A stretch of DNA of 64,000 nucleotides from NCBI GenBank assembly GCA_964016885.1, contig OZ024749.1:31434001-31498000 (forward strand), given 5' to 3'. The notes beneath the pieces are model-generated. The model did no database searches. It was given only the letters and a program-made list of their open reading frames with translations, and was not told where the DNA came from. This document shows positions 49,020 through 64,000 of the stretch, one piece after another (the stretch's first letter is position 1; each line of letters opens with the position of its first letter). This DNA comes from Eledone cirrhosa. Taxonomy: Eukaryota. The position numbers and the translations under genes are program-made.

Positions 49020-49353
49020 TATATTTAATTTGTTGGGATACAACAAGCAAAATATGTTTTATAACTGATATAAAGCACTCAACAAATTATTGGAGTAAAT
49101 ATACAATATATTAACAAATGGAAACTATATTTAAAAAACCATATCTATTTCATTATACGTATTTCAAGGGCCACCAAGGCATATTATGGTGCGCTTTCAT
49201 CAGATAAAATATAATATAGATTAGTTTTATAAATAAATATTGACTTACCCTGAAAAATGCAACCTTCACGGTTGGAGTCTCCTGGAGACTCCAACCGTGA
49301 AGGTTGCATTTTTCAGGGTAAGTCAATATTTATTTATAAAACTAGCTATATTA

Positions 49354-49412
49354 TATTTTATCTGATGAAGCGCACCATAATCTGCCGCCCTTGAAATATG
49401 TATAATGAAATA
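49354..49412 (+). ncRNA. Hammerhead ribozyme in palindrome arm (mirror ~49147-49211)
   Basis: tattttat-CTGATGA-..-GAAAT-atgt-ATA-atgaaata. The mirror arm has GAAAT-acgt-ATA. Confidence 0.58.
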
Positions 49413-49450
49413 AACATGGTTTTATAAATATAGTTTCCATTTATTAATAT

Positions 49451-49592
<142 letters not shown>

Positions 49593-49966
49593 TATACACT
49601 CACCTGCCGTCGAAATGGCAACTCCTCAGTTGTTGGGAAAAACCTCGTAACTAATTATAATACTTATACTCTAACTTCTTAAATATCGAGTACTAAGCTC
49701 CGGCTGTTTCTACAGCTATATCCAGCTGTCGAAACGGCCGGAGCTCAACCGTCGGGGTCCTGACTCTTTTCATATATATATATATATATATATATATTAA
49801 ATTTTCATTCTGATGACCGATTTCAGACGTCTCTGTTGGGCTCGTCTGTCTTCGTGAAAAGTTTGGTAAATGGAATAATTGTCTTATGTTGTTTATTCAT
49901 AATTAAATAGCTCTGTAGCATACATAGAGCACACTCCGTTCCTTTACACCCTTCCTACCGAAATAC

Positions 49967-50038
<72 letters not shown>

Positions 50039-50195
50039 GGAACGAGTAGGACCCCGACGGTTGAGCTCAAGCCGTTTCGACGGCTTGAGCTCAGCCGTCG
50101 GGGTCCTACTCGTTCCTATTACCCACTCTACTACCCTAAGTATTGAGTACTTTGGTGCGTTATGGTCCATTTGGTTCCTTACCATATTTCCTTCG

Positions 50196-50276
<81 letters not shown>

Positions 50277-50298
50277 TATACATATATATATATGTATA

Positions 50299-50385
<87 letters not shown>

Positions 50386-50396
50386 ATATGTATATG

Positions 50397-50428
<32 letters not shown>

Positions 50429-50487
50429 TATATGTATATACATATATATATAAACACGTGTCTATGTGTGTGTGTTTCGATATATAC

Positions 50488-50580
<93 letters not shown>

Positions 50581-50600
50581 CTTATATATATATGTATATG

Positions 50601-50652
<52 letters not shown>

Positions 50653-50859
50653 CATATATATATAAACACGTGTCTATGTGTGTGTGTTTCGACGCCTATG
50701 TCATGATTCCGAATTGAGAAAGAGATACCATAATATAGTAATAACAGAGAGATATACTGACAGAGAGACAGACTGTCAGAAGGACACATTGGTGGACACA
50801 AAGAGAAATAATATACTATTTCTGCTTATTGACATATTTATCTAACAGTTAGCACCTTA

Positions 50860-51170
50860 AAGTTTCCATCAAAGTAATGATTTATTAGCAAACCAATTGC
50901 AGAACCATCGGTAAACAAGAAGAGAACAGATGAGACAAAATTTAGTAAACTACACAAACTTCCGATTCCTCGGGCTAATATAATCTTTTGATAATTTCTT
51001 CCTTGCTTTGTCAATTGCTATGCCATTTTTCATAGCATCCATATCGACACTGCAAGCGGTTATTTCCCTTTGATTACCTCTCGTAGTTTTGTAGCCTTGT
51101 AGTAAGAAGCTATTACATTGAAATATTGAGTCTATTGAGCTATTACAGCTTATTACTAACAACTCGATAA
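50860..51170 (-). mobile_element. Possible LINE RNase H remnant
   Basis: Only an LFTDGSA motif downstream of a short ORF. Confidence 0.25.
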
Positions 51171-51250
51171 GTTGTACGTGTGAAAACAAGATTCATCATC
51201 AGACAATTGCCTGTTTATATATATATGTGTGTGTGTATATATACATATAC

Positions 51251-51326
<76 letters not shown>

Positions 51327-51646
51327 ATATATATGTTTGTGTGTGTGTATATATATATATATGCATTTAAATATATATATATGTGTGTGTGTGGCGTGTG
51401 TGTATGTGTGTGTGTGTGTGTGTTTGTATGGGTGATAGTTAATACCCTGATTTAAGAATGGTATTGATGTTGAAGATGATTATTTAAAATAATAATACAA
51501 CTACTACTATTAACATTACTACTACACCAAATGATGTTAATACGATGAAGAATAAAAGTGTGTCTATATATACACGCACGTAAACCGACACAAATAAACA
51601 CACTTAGACACTCACACGCACGCACACATAAATACATATATATATA

Positions 51647-54263
51647 GTCACATGGGTTACGTTCCTAGAGCACCCGCGAAGAGTGAAAAACCGCTAATAT
51701 TGGACGAGGTCCATAAAAACTGCCTATAAACATCAAAATAAAACGTCAAAATATAATTGTAAAAATATATAATATTTAAGAATAGTTTAATAAAACATAA
51801 TATTTAATAATAATTTAATAAAAAATATATAATATTTAATAATAATTTAATAACACGTGATATTTGATAATAGTTTAATAAAAAATATATAATATTTAAG
51901 AATAATTTAATAAAACATAATATTTAATAATAATTTAATAAAAAATATATACTATTTAATAACTGACTATAAAAGAAAAAAAAAACCTTAGCGAATCTGG
52001 TCCCTTGCAATTTGAACAAATATATGTATATGTCCCTGTTCGTTTTTCTTTTATATTCAGTTATATTATACGGCACGGAAAAATCTCGTTCCTAGAGCTA
52101 TTTTATTGTAAGAGACTATTTTGAGTTTCTAACTCAAAATATACCTTTGATATAATATTTAATAATAATTTAATAAAAAAATACAGTAAAATGTACGGGC
52201 TCTCACCAATAATGTATGGTATTGATTGAAGGTGATGAAAACAATGAAGATAATGCCTGCACAGCAACGCAGAGGATTTAAATATCCTCAGGGGGTGCTT
52301 GTTCTTCAGGTGTGGTTCAGGAGATGTCGTATCTTCGTGTAAGGCTTTCTTGGAGGGCGTGAGGAACATTGTCATCGAAAGTTGCTGTCACTGTTTCTTC
52401 GTGGTGGAGAGGAGAGTTTTATATGTCTGCATGACCGCATCGATAACATTTCTAAATTGGAGAGACCGAACCATATAGGAATCCCATGCTTCCGCCTTCC
52501 CTTGCAACTCTTTTGCTGTCCTCAATAGATAGAACTTCCATTGTCAGTTCCTCCTCTTCCTCCGCCTCCTCTTCCTCTGGATCTGGCGCTTCTTCCTCCT
52601 CTTCGCTGACAGACTTGGTTAACTCCAACAAATCCTCGTCCGTCAGGGTTTCAGAGTGGGCATCAATGAGTTTGTTGACCTCATCTTGCATGATGTCATC
52701 AAAACCTTCGCCACCAACTGCCTTTGCTAGACTTAGTACATTGTCGGCAACCTAGTGCTGAATTTCTTCAGGTGAGAAACCCTTGTAGTCCTGGACACAC
52801 CCTGGCCACATCTTCTTCCAGCATGCGATGATGGTTTCTTTTTTCATATCCTTAAGAGCAGCTTGGATGACTGACAGGCATATTGCGATCATGAAGTTAC
52901 GCCAATACCCCTTTGCTTTGAAATTCTTGTCCGAGTCCATTGCGTCCACAAGGTGTTGAAGAGAGTTCCGAGTGTAAAGTACCCTGAAGGGACGGATCAT
53001 GCCTTGATCCATAGGCTGGATGATGGAGGTGGTGTTAACAGGGGGGAACTCGACTTGAACTCCTTCGTAAAACAAATCCCAAAAGTGTCCGCCAGCATTA
53101 TCCATTACTAGCAACAACTTGAGTTCTATGCATACGTTGTGGAAGTATTCCTTGGCTTGAGGGATGTAGCATTGGCGGAACCAATTTAAAGTTAGACTTT
53201 TGGTAATCCAGGCCTTGGGGTTGTGCATCGAGTGGACAGGAAGCAGGCTTTTATTCTTATTATTGAAGGCTCTCGGGTTCGCGGATTTGTAAATAAGCTC
53301 TGGTTTCATCATGAAGCCAGCAGAATTACCACACATAATGAGCCTCAATCTGGCCTTCCCGGAGCATATCCAGCAGTTGTGCCTTCTCATGGAACATCCT
53401 AACCTTTTTCTGGCGCTTAGGTTCATTGCCAGAAGCCTTACAAGGCATAGGGCGTTTGGGCGGCCACTTAGGGCTTTAATAAACACGCTGCGAAAAACAC
53501 AACAGTCAGCAAAACATTCGAGATAGCCATTGGGCGCAGTTTTTTCCCCATCAAACGTACAAAAAAATATTCCCTGCGTCTAATATGCTCATACCACGAA
53601 TGGAAAAACGAGCAGAGATCAAAAACAATCATGGTTTTAAAAAGAATAGTCTCTATTACTACTAGATTACCTATACAGTAATCTGGGCTATAATAGGAGA
53701 GAGAGAGGGACCAGCAAGTGACTGTGTTTCAATGGGGCTATATCGGCTCTCGGTCTTGAAAATTAGCCTGTTGAAATAAACAATGTGTATGATCAAATGT
53801 AGCGGTGATTGAAAAAAACAATTGTATAAAATTAACGTTCTGTCCCGTGTTGTATATCTTTGATCTGTCATCGCTCGCCCAAATAATACTGGTGCGCTAT
53901 ACTGTATATACATATATAAAATACTTTCACTAAAATGAGAGGTTGTTGAGAGACTAATACAGCGAGAGAGAGTATGTGTTGGTGTATGAAATATAGATAG
54001 ATGTCACAATACTAATTAACAAGCTTTGATTGAAAACGTAGGAATAAGAGATACAAGATACAGTAAACTTGTATCTCAAACAAACAAAAGACGGGAGCGT
54101 CTTATGCGAAGGGCGTTGAATAGGTCGGCCAATACGGTTACATTTTTATTAATAATTTAGCGTTAAAAAGCGTAAAAAAATACATCTTGCCACGAACAGT
54201 TATTAGTTAGGTTCTTATAAAAAATCCGCGAATACCGGAACCACGAATACTGGGAGTACACAC
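51647..54263 (-). mobile_element. Decayed Tigger/pogo DNA transposon (DDE_1 transposase pseudogene 52100-53490)
   Basis: LLVMDNAGGH, PVNTTSIIQPMDQGMI and CWKKMWP motifs, with stops and frameshifts. Degenerate CGCGAA-rich termini. Confidence 0.88.
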
Positions 54264-54623
54264 TAAATATATATACATTTATATGTGAAGGGTAAACAGC
54301 AATAACAACACAATCGGTACAGTATATGGAAGGTATATATTAGGTTAGCGCTTGATATAGCAGGAAGAGGGTCTTAACGTTTCGGGCGCTAGTCTTTCAT
54401 CAGAAGAAAGAATGAGAAGTAAAATAGATTGAGGGGACAGGCGGGATGGAATTGGAAAAAATGTCTTTAGATAAAAATAACAGGTCCATTCATGTTGACA
54501 CATATATATATATATATATATATATACGCTGGGAGGCTTTTTTAGCCCTTCTTTTTCCTCATTTATTCCTGTTCCTTCCCTTTATCACTCTTTACTTTCT
54601 ATTTATCTTCTTCTTCTGACGCT

Positions 54624-54661
54624 GTCTTCTGATGAAGGGCTAGTGTACGAAACGTTAAGAC
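54624..54661 (+). ncRNA. Minimal hammerhead with loopless palindromic stem III (mirror ~54371-54408)
   Basis: gtctt-CTGATGA-agggctagtgtac-GAAAC-GTT-aagac. A degenerate relative lies at ~640-676. Confidence 0.6.
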
Positions 54662-54790
54662 TCTCTTAAGACTCCTGCGTTAAACTAATATATTTCTTCC
54701 ATGTACTTTGTCGTTTGTTTTGTTATTTGTGTTTACCTTGTACACACATACACCTACCTCGTATATATATATATGTATATGTATATATAC

Positions 54791-54871
<81 letters not shown>

Positions 54872-54977
54872 AGAGAGAGATAACTTAAGATTACATATTC
54901 TAAATAGCATCTTAAGCATATTCAATTATTTAAGTAATCACTTAAATCTATTATATGTTATAGTATATAAGTGTATG

Positions 54978-55048
<71 letters not shown>

Positions 55049-55083
55049 ATATATATATATATATATATTTGTATATATATATA

Positions 55084-55174
<91 letters not shown>

Positions 55175-55221
55175 GTATATATATATACATATATATATAC
55201 ATATATATATTCATACATACA

Positions 55222-55297
<76 letters not shown>

Positions 55298-55496
55298 CCC
55301 TTGTGGCATATATAGAACACGGAAACTAAATAATGACGATGACGATGATGATGATAATAATAATAACAACAAGAATAATATTCATAGTAACAATAATCAT
55401 TTTTTTATTTCTTCCTTTTTTTCTTTCTTTTGTTATTTATTTTGGCCCCAGGACGAACGAGGTTGCAGACCTATAATGGAACAGTAATTATTATTA

Positions 55497-56066
55497 TGTG
55501 GATTGGCTGTATTGGGAGAGGGTCGGATGCCATGCTTTGGCGCATAGAGTTACGGCCCTTGCCATTCTGAGTTCAAATCCTGCCGAGGTTAACTTTGCCT
55601 GTCATCCTTACGGGGTCGATAAAATAAAGTACCAGTAATACACTGGGTAATTGCTGGCCTTGTGCCTAAAGTAGAAACAATTATTATACTTGGCAGTATC
55701 GGTAGAGAGTCGGACGCCATGCTTTGAAGCATAGAGTTACGTCCCTTTATTATCTGAGTTCAAATCCCGCCGAGGTTCACTTTGCCTTTCATCCTTACGG
55801 GGGGTCGATAAAATAAAGTACCAGTAATACACTGGGTAATTGCTGGCCTTGTGCCTAAAGTAGAAACAATTATTATACTTGGCAGTATCGGTAGAGAGTC
55901 GGACGCCATGCTTTGAAGCATAGAGTTACGTCCCTTTATTATCTGAGTTCAAATCCCGCCGAGGTTAACTTTGCCTTTCATCCTTACGGGGGGTCGATGA
56001 AATAAAGTACCAGTAATGCACTGGGATAATTGCTGGCCTTGTGCCTAAAGTAGAAACAATTATTAT
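55497..56066 (+). mobile_element. Three head-to-tail SINE copies
   Basis: Copies 2 and 3 are near-identical, with a 190-bp period. Confidence 0.88.
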
Positions 56067-56775
56067 ACAAAAATGTTGATGGTAATAGTAATAATAATGA
56101 TGATGATGATGATGATGGTAGTGGTGGTGGTGGTGGTGGTGATGATGATGATGATGATGGTGATGGTGATGAGAATGATGATGATGATGATGACGACGAC
56201 AACGGCGACGATGATGATGATGATGGTGATAGTGATGGTGGTGGTGGTGGTGATGATGATGATGATGATGATGATGATGGTGATGGTGATGGTGATGGTG
56301 ATGGTGATGAGGATGATGATGACGACGACAACGGCGACGATGATGACGATGATGGTGATGGTGGTGGTGGTGGTGGTGGTGGTGGTGGTGGTGGTGGTGG
56401 TGAAGACGATGATGATGGTGGTGATGGTGGTGGTGGTGATGGTGATGGTTCCGTTCTTTATATATTTTCTTAAATAATAACAACAGTATATAATAAATAA
56501 CAGTAAATAAATAGATGAATAAATATATAAATAAATAAATCACAAAGTAACCAATGTAAAAACAAAGAAGATGAAATAAAAGAGGGGGAAAAAGAAAAGA
56601 CAGAAAATAGACAACGAAAAACCCGAAAACAAAAGGATGAGATGTGAGTGTATTTAATGTTGATGTCCTACAGGAATCTAAATAAACTTAATTAATGGAA
56701 AAAATGACTGAAAAACAAACTCGGATAAGATAATTAGTTTAAATAAATGGTTTTAATATGTAACATAGGAAAATA

Positions 56776-59700
56776 TGTTTGTTGTAGGAAAGAATGAGAT
56801 GAGAGTGTGTGAGTGTATAGATTGTTGTGTGTGTATGTTGTAGGTAAGAATGAGATGAGAGTGTGTGAGTGTATAGATTGTTGTGTGTGTTTGTTGTAGG
56901 AAAAAATGAGATGAGAGTGTGTGAGTGTATAGATTGTTGTGTGTGTTTGTTGTAGGAAAGAATGAGATGAGAGTGTGTGAGTGTATAGATTGTTGTGTGT
57001 GTTTGTTGTAGGAAAGAATGAGATGAGAGTGTGTGAGTGTATAGATTGTTGTGTGTGTATGTTGTAGGAAAGAATGAGATGAGAGTGTGTGAGTGTATAG
57101 ATTGTTGTGTGTGTTTGTTGTAGGGAAGAATGAGATGAGAGTGTGTGAGTGTATAGATTGTTGTGTGTGTTTGTTATGGGAAGAATGAGATGAGAGTGTG
57201 TGAGTGTATAGATTGTTGTATGTGTATGTTGTAGGAAAGAATGAGATGAGAGTGTGTGAGTGTATAGATTGTTGTGTGTGTTTGTTGTAGGAAAGAATGA
57301 GATGAGAGTGTGTGAGTGTATATATTGTTGTGTGTGTATGTTGTAGGATAGAATGAGATGAGAGTGTGTGAGTGTATAGATTGTTGTGTGTGTATGTTGT
57401 AGGAAAGAATGAGATGAGAGTGTGTGAGTGTATAGATTGTTGTGTGTGTTTGTTGTAGGAAAGAATGAGATGAGAGTGTGTGAGTGTATAGATGGTTGTG
57501 TGTGTATGTTGTAGGAAAGAATGAGATGAGAGTGTGTGAGTGTATAGATTGTTGTGTGTGTTTGTTATGGGAAAGAATGAGATGAGAGTGTGTGAGTGTA
57601 TAGATTGTTGTGTGTGTTTGTTGTAGGAAAGAATGAGATGAGAGTGTGTGAGTGTATAGATTGTTGTGTGTGTTTGTTATGGGAAAGAATGAGATGAGAG
57701 TGTGTGAGTGTATAGATTGTTGTGTGTGTTTGTTGTAGGAAAGAATGAGATGAGAGTGTGTGAGTGTATAGATTGTTGTGTGTGTATGTTGTAGGAAAGA
57801 ATGAGATGAGAGTGTGTGAGTGTATAGATTGTTGTGTGTGTTTGTTGTAGGAAAGAATGAGATGAGAGTGTGTGAGTGTATAGATTGTTGTGTGTGTATG
57901 TTGTAGGAAAGAATGAGATGAGAGTGTGTGAGTGTATAGATTGTTGTGTGTGTTGTAGGAAAGAATGAGATGAGAGTGTGTGAGTGTATAGATTGTTGTG
58001 TGTGTATGTTGTAGGAAAGAATGAGATGAGAGTGTGTGAGTGTATAGATTGTTGTGTGTGTATGTTGTAGGAAAGAATGAGATGAGAGTGTGTGAGTGTA
58101 TAGATTGTTGTGTGTGTTTGTTGTAGGAAAGAATGAGATGAGAGTGTGTGAGTGTATATATTGTTGTGTGTGTATGTTGTAGGATAGAATGAGATGAGAG
58201 TGTGTGAGTGTATAGATTGTTGTGTGTGTATGTTGTAGGAAAGAATGAGATGAGAGTGTGTGAGTGTATAGATTGTTGTGTGTGTTTGTTGTAGGAAAGA
58301 ATGAGATGAGAGTGTGTGAGTGTATAGATGGTTGTGTGTGTATGTTGTAGGAAAGAATGAGATGAGAGTGTGTGAGTGTATAGATTGTTGTGTGTGTTTG
58401 TTATGGGAAAGAATGAGATGAGAGTGTGTGAGTGTATAGATTGTTGTGTGTGTTTGTTGTAGGAAAGAATGAGATGAGAGTGTGTGAGTGTATAGATTGT
58501 TGTGTGTGTTTGTTATGGGAAAGAATGAGATGAGAGTGTGTGAGTGTATAGATTGTTGTGTGTGTTTGTTGTAGGAAAGAATGAGATGAGAGTGTGTGAG
58601 TGTATAGATTGTTGTGTGTGTATGTTGTAGGAAAGAATGAGATGAGAGTGTGTGAGTGTATAGATTGTTGTGTGTGTTTGTTGTAGGAAAGAATGAGATG
58701 AGAGTGTGTGAGTGTATAGATTGTTGTGTGTGTATGTTGTAGGAAAGAATGAGATGAGAGTGTGTGAGTGTATAGATTGTTGTGTGTGTTGTAGGAAAGA
58801 ATGAGATGAGAGTGTGTGAGTGTATAGATTGTTGTGTGTGTATGTTGTAGGAAAGAATGAGATGAGAGTGTGTGAGTGTATAGATTGTTGTGTGTGTTTG
58901 TTATGGGAAAGAATGAGATGAGAGTGTGTGAGTGTATAGATTGTTGTGTGTGTATGTTGTAGGAAAGAATGAGATGAGAGTGTGTGAGTGTATAGATTGT
59001 TGTGTGTGTTTGTTATGGGAAAGAATGAGATGAGAGTGTGTGAGTGTATAGATTGTTGTGTGTGTTTGTTGTAGGAAAGATTGAGATGAGAGTGTGTGAG
59101 TGTATAGATTGTTGTGTGTGTTTGTTATGGGAAAGAATGAGATGAGAGTGTGTGAGTGTATAGATTGTTGTATGTGTTTGTTGTAGGAAAGAATGAGATG
59201 AGAGTGTGTGAGTGTATAGATTGTTGTGTGTGTATGTTGTAGGAAAGAATGAGATGAGAGTGTGTGAGTGTATAGATTGTTGTGTGTGTATGTTGTAGGA
59301 AAGAATGAGATGAGAGTGTGTGAGTGTATAGATTGTTGTGTGTGTATGTTGTAGGAAAGAATGAGATGAGAGTGTGTGAGTGTATAGATTGTTGTGTGTG
59401 TATGTTGTAGGAAAGAATGAGATGGGAGTGTGTGAGTGTATAGATTGTTGTGTGTGTGTGTTGTAGGAAAGAATGAGATGAGAGTGTGTGAGTGTATAGA
59501 TTGTTGTGTGTGTATGTTGTAGGAAAGAATGAGATGAGAGTGTGTGAGTGTATAGATTGTTGTGTGTGTTTGTTATGGGAAAGAATGAGATGAGAGTGTG
59601 TGAGTGTATAGATTGTTGTGTGTGTATGTTGTAGGAAAGAATGAGATCAGAGTGTGTGAGTATATAGATTGTTGTGTGTGTATGTTGTAGGATAGAATGA

Positions 59701-62700
59701 GATGAGAGTGTGTGAGTGTATAGATTGTTGTGTGTGTATGTTGTAGGAAAGAATGAGATGAGAGTGTGTGAGTGTATGGATTGTTGTGTGTGTATGTTAT
59801 AGGAAAGAATGAGATGAGAGCGTGTGAGTGTATAGATTGTTGTGTGTGTCTGTTGTAGGAAAGAATGAGATGAGAGTGTGTGAGTGTATAGATTGTTGTG
59901 TGTGTCTGTTGTAGGAAAGAATGAGATGAGAGTGTGTGAGTGTATAGATTGTTGTGTGTGTATGTTGTAGGAAAGAATGAGATGAGAGTGTGTGAGTGTA
60001 TAGATTGTTGTGTGTGTATGTTGTAGAAAAGAATGAGATGAGAGTGTGTGAGTGTATAGATTGTTGTGTGTGTATGTTGTAGGAAAGAATGAGATGAGAG
60101 TGTGTGAGTGTATAGATTGTTGTGTGTGTATGTTGTAGGAAAGAATGAGATGAGAGTGTGTGAGTGTATAGATTGTTGTGTGTGTATGTTGTAGAAAAGA
60201 ATGAGATGAGAGTGTGTGAGTGTATAGATTGTTGTGTGTGTTTGTTGTAGAAAAGAATGAGATGAGAGTGTGTGAGTGTATAGATTGTTGTGTGTGTTTG
60301 TTATGGGAAAGAATGAGATGAGAGTGTGTGAGTGTATAGATTGTTGTGTGTGTATGTTGTAGAAAAGAATGAGATGAGAGAGTGTGAGTGTATAGATTGT
60401 TGTGTGTGTTTGTTGTAGGAAAAAATGAGATGAGAGTGTGTGAGTGTATAGATTGTTGTGTGTGTTTGTTGTAGGAAAGAATGAGAGTGTGTGAGTGTAT
60501 AGATTGTTGTGTGTGTATGTTGTAGGAAAGAATGAGATGAGAGTGTGTGAGTGTATAGATTGTTGTGTGTGTATGTTGTAGAAAAGAATGGGATGAGAGT
60601 GTGTGAGTGTATAGATTGTTGTGTGTGTTTGTTGTAGGAAAGAATGAGATGAGAGTGTGTGAGTGTATAGATTGTTGTGTGTGTATGTTGTAGGAAAGAA
60701 TGAGATGAGAGTGTGTGAGTGTATAGATTGTTGTGTGTGTTTGTTGTAGGAAAGAATGAGATGAGAGTGTGTGAGTGTATAGATTGTTGTGTGTGTATGT
60801 TGTAGGAAAGAATGAGATGAGAGTGTGTGAGTGTATAGATTATTGTATGTGTATGTTGTAGGAAAGAATGAGATGAGAGTGTGTGAGTGTATAGATTGTT
60901 GTGTGTGTTTGTTGTAGGAAAGAATGAGATGAGAGTGTGTGAGCGTATAGATTGTTGTGTGTGTGTATGTTGTAGGAAAGAATGAGATGAGAGTGTGTGA
61001 GTGTATAGAATGTTGTGTGTGTGTATGTTGTAGGAAAGAATGAGATGAGAGTGTGTGAGTGTATAGATTGTTGTGTGTGTATGTTGTAGGAAAGAATGTG
61101 ATGAGAGTGTGTGAGTGTATAGATTGTTGTGTGTGTTTGTTGTAGGAAAGAATGAGATGAGAGTGTGTGAGTGTATAGATTGTTGTGTGTGTTTGTTGTA
61201 GGAAAGAATGAGATGGGAGTGTGTGAGTGTATAGATTGTTGTGTGTGTTTGTTGTAGGAAAGAATGAGATGAGAGTGTGTGAGTGTATAGATTGTTGTGT
61301 GTGTTTGTTGTAGGAAAGAATGAGATGGGAGTGTGTGAGTGTATAGATTGTTGTGTGTGTTTGTTGTAGGAAAGAATGAGATGAGAGTGTGTGAGTGTAT
61401 AGATTGTTGTGTGTGTATGTTGTAGGAAAGAATGAGATGAGAGTGTGTGAGTGTATAGATTGTTGTGTGTGTTGTAGGAAAGAATGAGATGAGAGTGTGT
61501 GAGTGTATAGATTGTTGTGTGTGTATGTTGTAGGAAAGAATGAGATGAGAGTGTGTGAGTGTATAGATTGTTGTGTGTGTTTGTTATGGGAAAGAATGAG
61601 ATGAGAGTGTGTGAGTGTATAGATTGTTGTGTGTGTATGTTGTAGGAAAGAATGAGATGAGAGTGTGTGAGTGTATAGATTGTTGTGTGTGTTTGTTATG
61701 GGAAAGAATGAGATGAGAGTGTGTGAGTGTATAGATTGTTGTGTGTGTTTGTTGTAGGAAAGATTGAGATGAGAGTGTGTGAGTGTATAGATTGTTGTGT
61801 GTGTTTGTTATGGGAAAGAATGAGATGAGAGTGTGTGAGTGTATAGATTGTTGTATGTGTTTGTTGTAGGAAAGAATGAGATGAGAGTGTGTGAGTGTAT
61901 AGATTGTTGTGTGTGTATGTTGTAGGAAAGAATGAGATGAGAGTGTGTGAGTGTATAGATTGTTGTGTGTGTATGTTGTAGGAAAGAATGAGATGAGTGT
62001 GTGTGAGTGTATAGATTGTTGTGTGTGTATGTTGTAGGAAAGAATGAGATGAGAGTGTGTGAGTGTATAGATTGTTGTGTGTGTATGTTGTAGGAAAGAA
62101 TGAGATGGGAGTGTGTGAGTGTATAGATTGTTGTGTGTGTGTGTTGTAGGAAAGAATGAGATGAGAGTGTGTGAGTGTATAGATTGTTGTGTGTGTATGT
62201 TGTAGGAAAGAATGAGATGAGAGTGTGTGAGTGTATAGATTGTTGTGTGTGTTTGTTATGGGAAAGAATGAGATGAGAGTGTGTGAGTGTATAGATTGTT
62301 GTGTGTGTATGTTGTAGGAAAGAATGAGATCAGAGTGTGTGAGTATATAGATTGTTGTGTGTGTATGTTGTAGGATAGAATGAGATGAGAGTGTGTGAGT
62401 GTATAGATTGTTGTGTGTGTATGTTGTAGGAAAGAATGAGATGAGAGTGTGTGAGTGTATGGATTGTTGTGTGTGTATGTTATAGGAAAGAATGAGATGA
62501 GAGCGTGTGAGTGTATAGATTGTTGTGTGTGTCTGTTGTAGGAAAGAATGAGATGAGAGTGTGTGAGTGTATAGATTGTTGTGTGTGTCTGTTGTAGGAA
62601 AGAATGAGATGAGAGTGTGTGAGTGTATAGATTGTTGTGTGTGTATGTTGTAGGAAAGAATGAGATGAGAGTGTGTGAGTGTATAGATTGTTGTGTGTGT

Positions 62701-64000
62701 ATGTTGTAGAAAAGAATGAGATGAGAGTGTGTGAGTGTATAGATTGTTGTGTGTGTATGTTGTAGGAAAGAATGAGATGAGAGTGTGTGAGTGTATAGAT
62801 TGTTGTGTGTGTATGTTGTAGGAAAGAATGAGATGAGAGTGTGTGAGTGTATAGATTGTTGTGTGTGTATGTTGTAGAAAAGAATGAGATGAGAGTGTGT
62901 GAGTGTATAGATTGTTGTGTGTGTTTGTTGTAGAAAAGAATGAGATGAGAGTGTGTGAGTGTATAGATTGTTGTGTGTGTTTGTTATGGGAAAGAATGAG
63001 ATGAGAGTGTGTGAGTGTATAGATTGTTGTGTGTGTATGTTGTAGAAAAGAATGAGATGAGAGAGTGTGAGTGTATAGATTGTTGTGTGTGTTTGTTGTA
63101 GGAAAAAATGAGATGAGAGTGTGTGAGTGTATAGATTGTTGTGTGTGTTTGTTGTAGGAAAGAATGAGAGTGTGTGAGTGTATAGATTGTTGTGTGTGTA
63201 TGTTGTAGGAAAGAATGAGATGAGAGTGTGTGAGTGTATAGATTGTTGTGTGTGTATGTTGTAGAAAAGAATGGGATGAGAGTGTGTGAGTGTATAGATT
63301 GTTGTGTGTGTTTGTTGTAGGAAAGAATGAGATGAGAGTGTGTGAGTGTATAGATTGTTGTGTGTGTATGTTGTAGGAAAGAATGAGATGAGAGTGTGTG
63401 AGTGTATAGATTGTTGTGTGTGTTTGTTGTAGGAAAGAATGAGATGAGAGTGTGTGAGTGTATAGATTGTTGTGTGTGTATGTTGTAGGAAAGAATGAGA
63501 TGAGAGTGTGTGAGTGTATAGATTATTGTATGTGTATGTTGTAGGAAAGAATGAGATGAGAGTGTGTGAGTGTATAGATTGTTGTGTGTGTTTGTTGTAG
63601 GAAAGAATGAGATGAGAGTGTGTGAGCGTATAGATTGTTGTGTGTGTGTATGTTGTAGGAAAGAATGAGATGAGAGTGTGTGAGTGTATAGAATGTTGTG
63701 TGTGTGTATGTTGTAGGAAAGAATGAGATGAGAGTGTGTGAGTGTATAGATTGTTGTGTGTGTATGTTGTAGGAAAGAATGTGATGAGAGTGTGTGAGTG
63801 TATAGATTGTTGTGTGTGTTTGTTGTAGGAAAGAATGAGATGAGAGTGTGTGAGTGTATAGATTGTTGTGTGTGTTTGTTGTAGGAAAGAATGAGATGGG
63901 AGTGTGTGAGTGTATAGATTGTTGTGTGTGTTTGTTGTAGGAAAGAATGAGATGAGAGTGTGTGAGTGTATAGATTGTTGTGTGTGTTTGTTGTAGGAAA
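56776..64000. repeat. 56-bp satellite array (~129 monomers, runs off the window)
   Basis: Unit tgttgtaggaaagaatgagatgagagtgtgtgagtgtatagattgttgtgtgtgt(a/t). Confidence 0.98.

Noticed and set aside
52752-53486. Domesticated Tigger-derived (TIGD/CENP-B-like) host gene
   Set aside because: The N-terminal HTH region is missing, there are in-frame stops and frameshifts, and terminal-repeat remnants are still present.
55965-56543. Poly-His / poly-Ser ORFs
   Set aside because: A (GAT/GGT)n microsatellite running into a SINE, with no splice or domain support.

Overview
Eukaryotic, AT-rich and microsatellite-saturated DNA, most likely from an octopod cephalopod (inferred from SINE types). (1) One spliced protein-coding gene on the minus strand can be rebuilt by hand: 11 coding exons, 34106->13425, all introns GT-AG and phase-compatible, about 793 aa. 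It encodes a secreted protein with a signal peptide, an F-spondin-type Reeler domain, two albumin/ECM1-like CC-x9/10-C motifs, an anaphylatoxin-like domain and a long basic/poly-Asp/basic tail. (2) A dense population of short, often palindromic elements, usually next to or inside (TA)n tracts, carries minimal type I hammerhead ribozyme folds. These are probably Penelope-like retroelement pLTR remnants from about 10 families. They include a U3-A8 compensatory core variant and a copy on the gene's sense strand about 300 nt past the stop codon. (3) Other repeats are tRNA-derived SINEs, CR1/RTE LINE remnants, Helitron and Tigger/pogo remnants, and a 56-bp satellite with 836-bp and 2683-bp higher-order duplications filling the last 7.2 kb. 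Nearly all ORFs in the supplied track are microsatellite artefacts. All domain and ribozyme calls were made by eye; no database searches were run.
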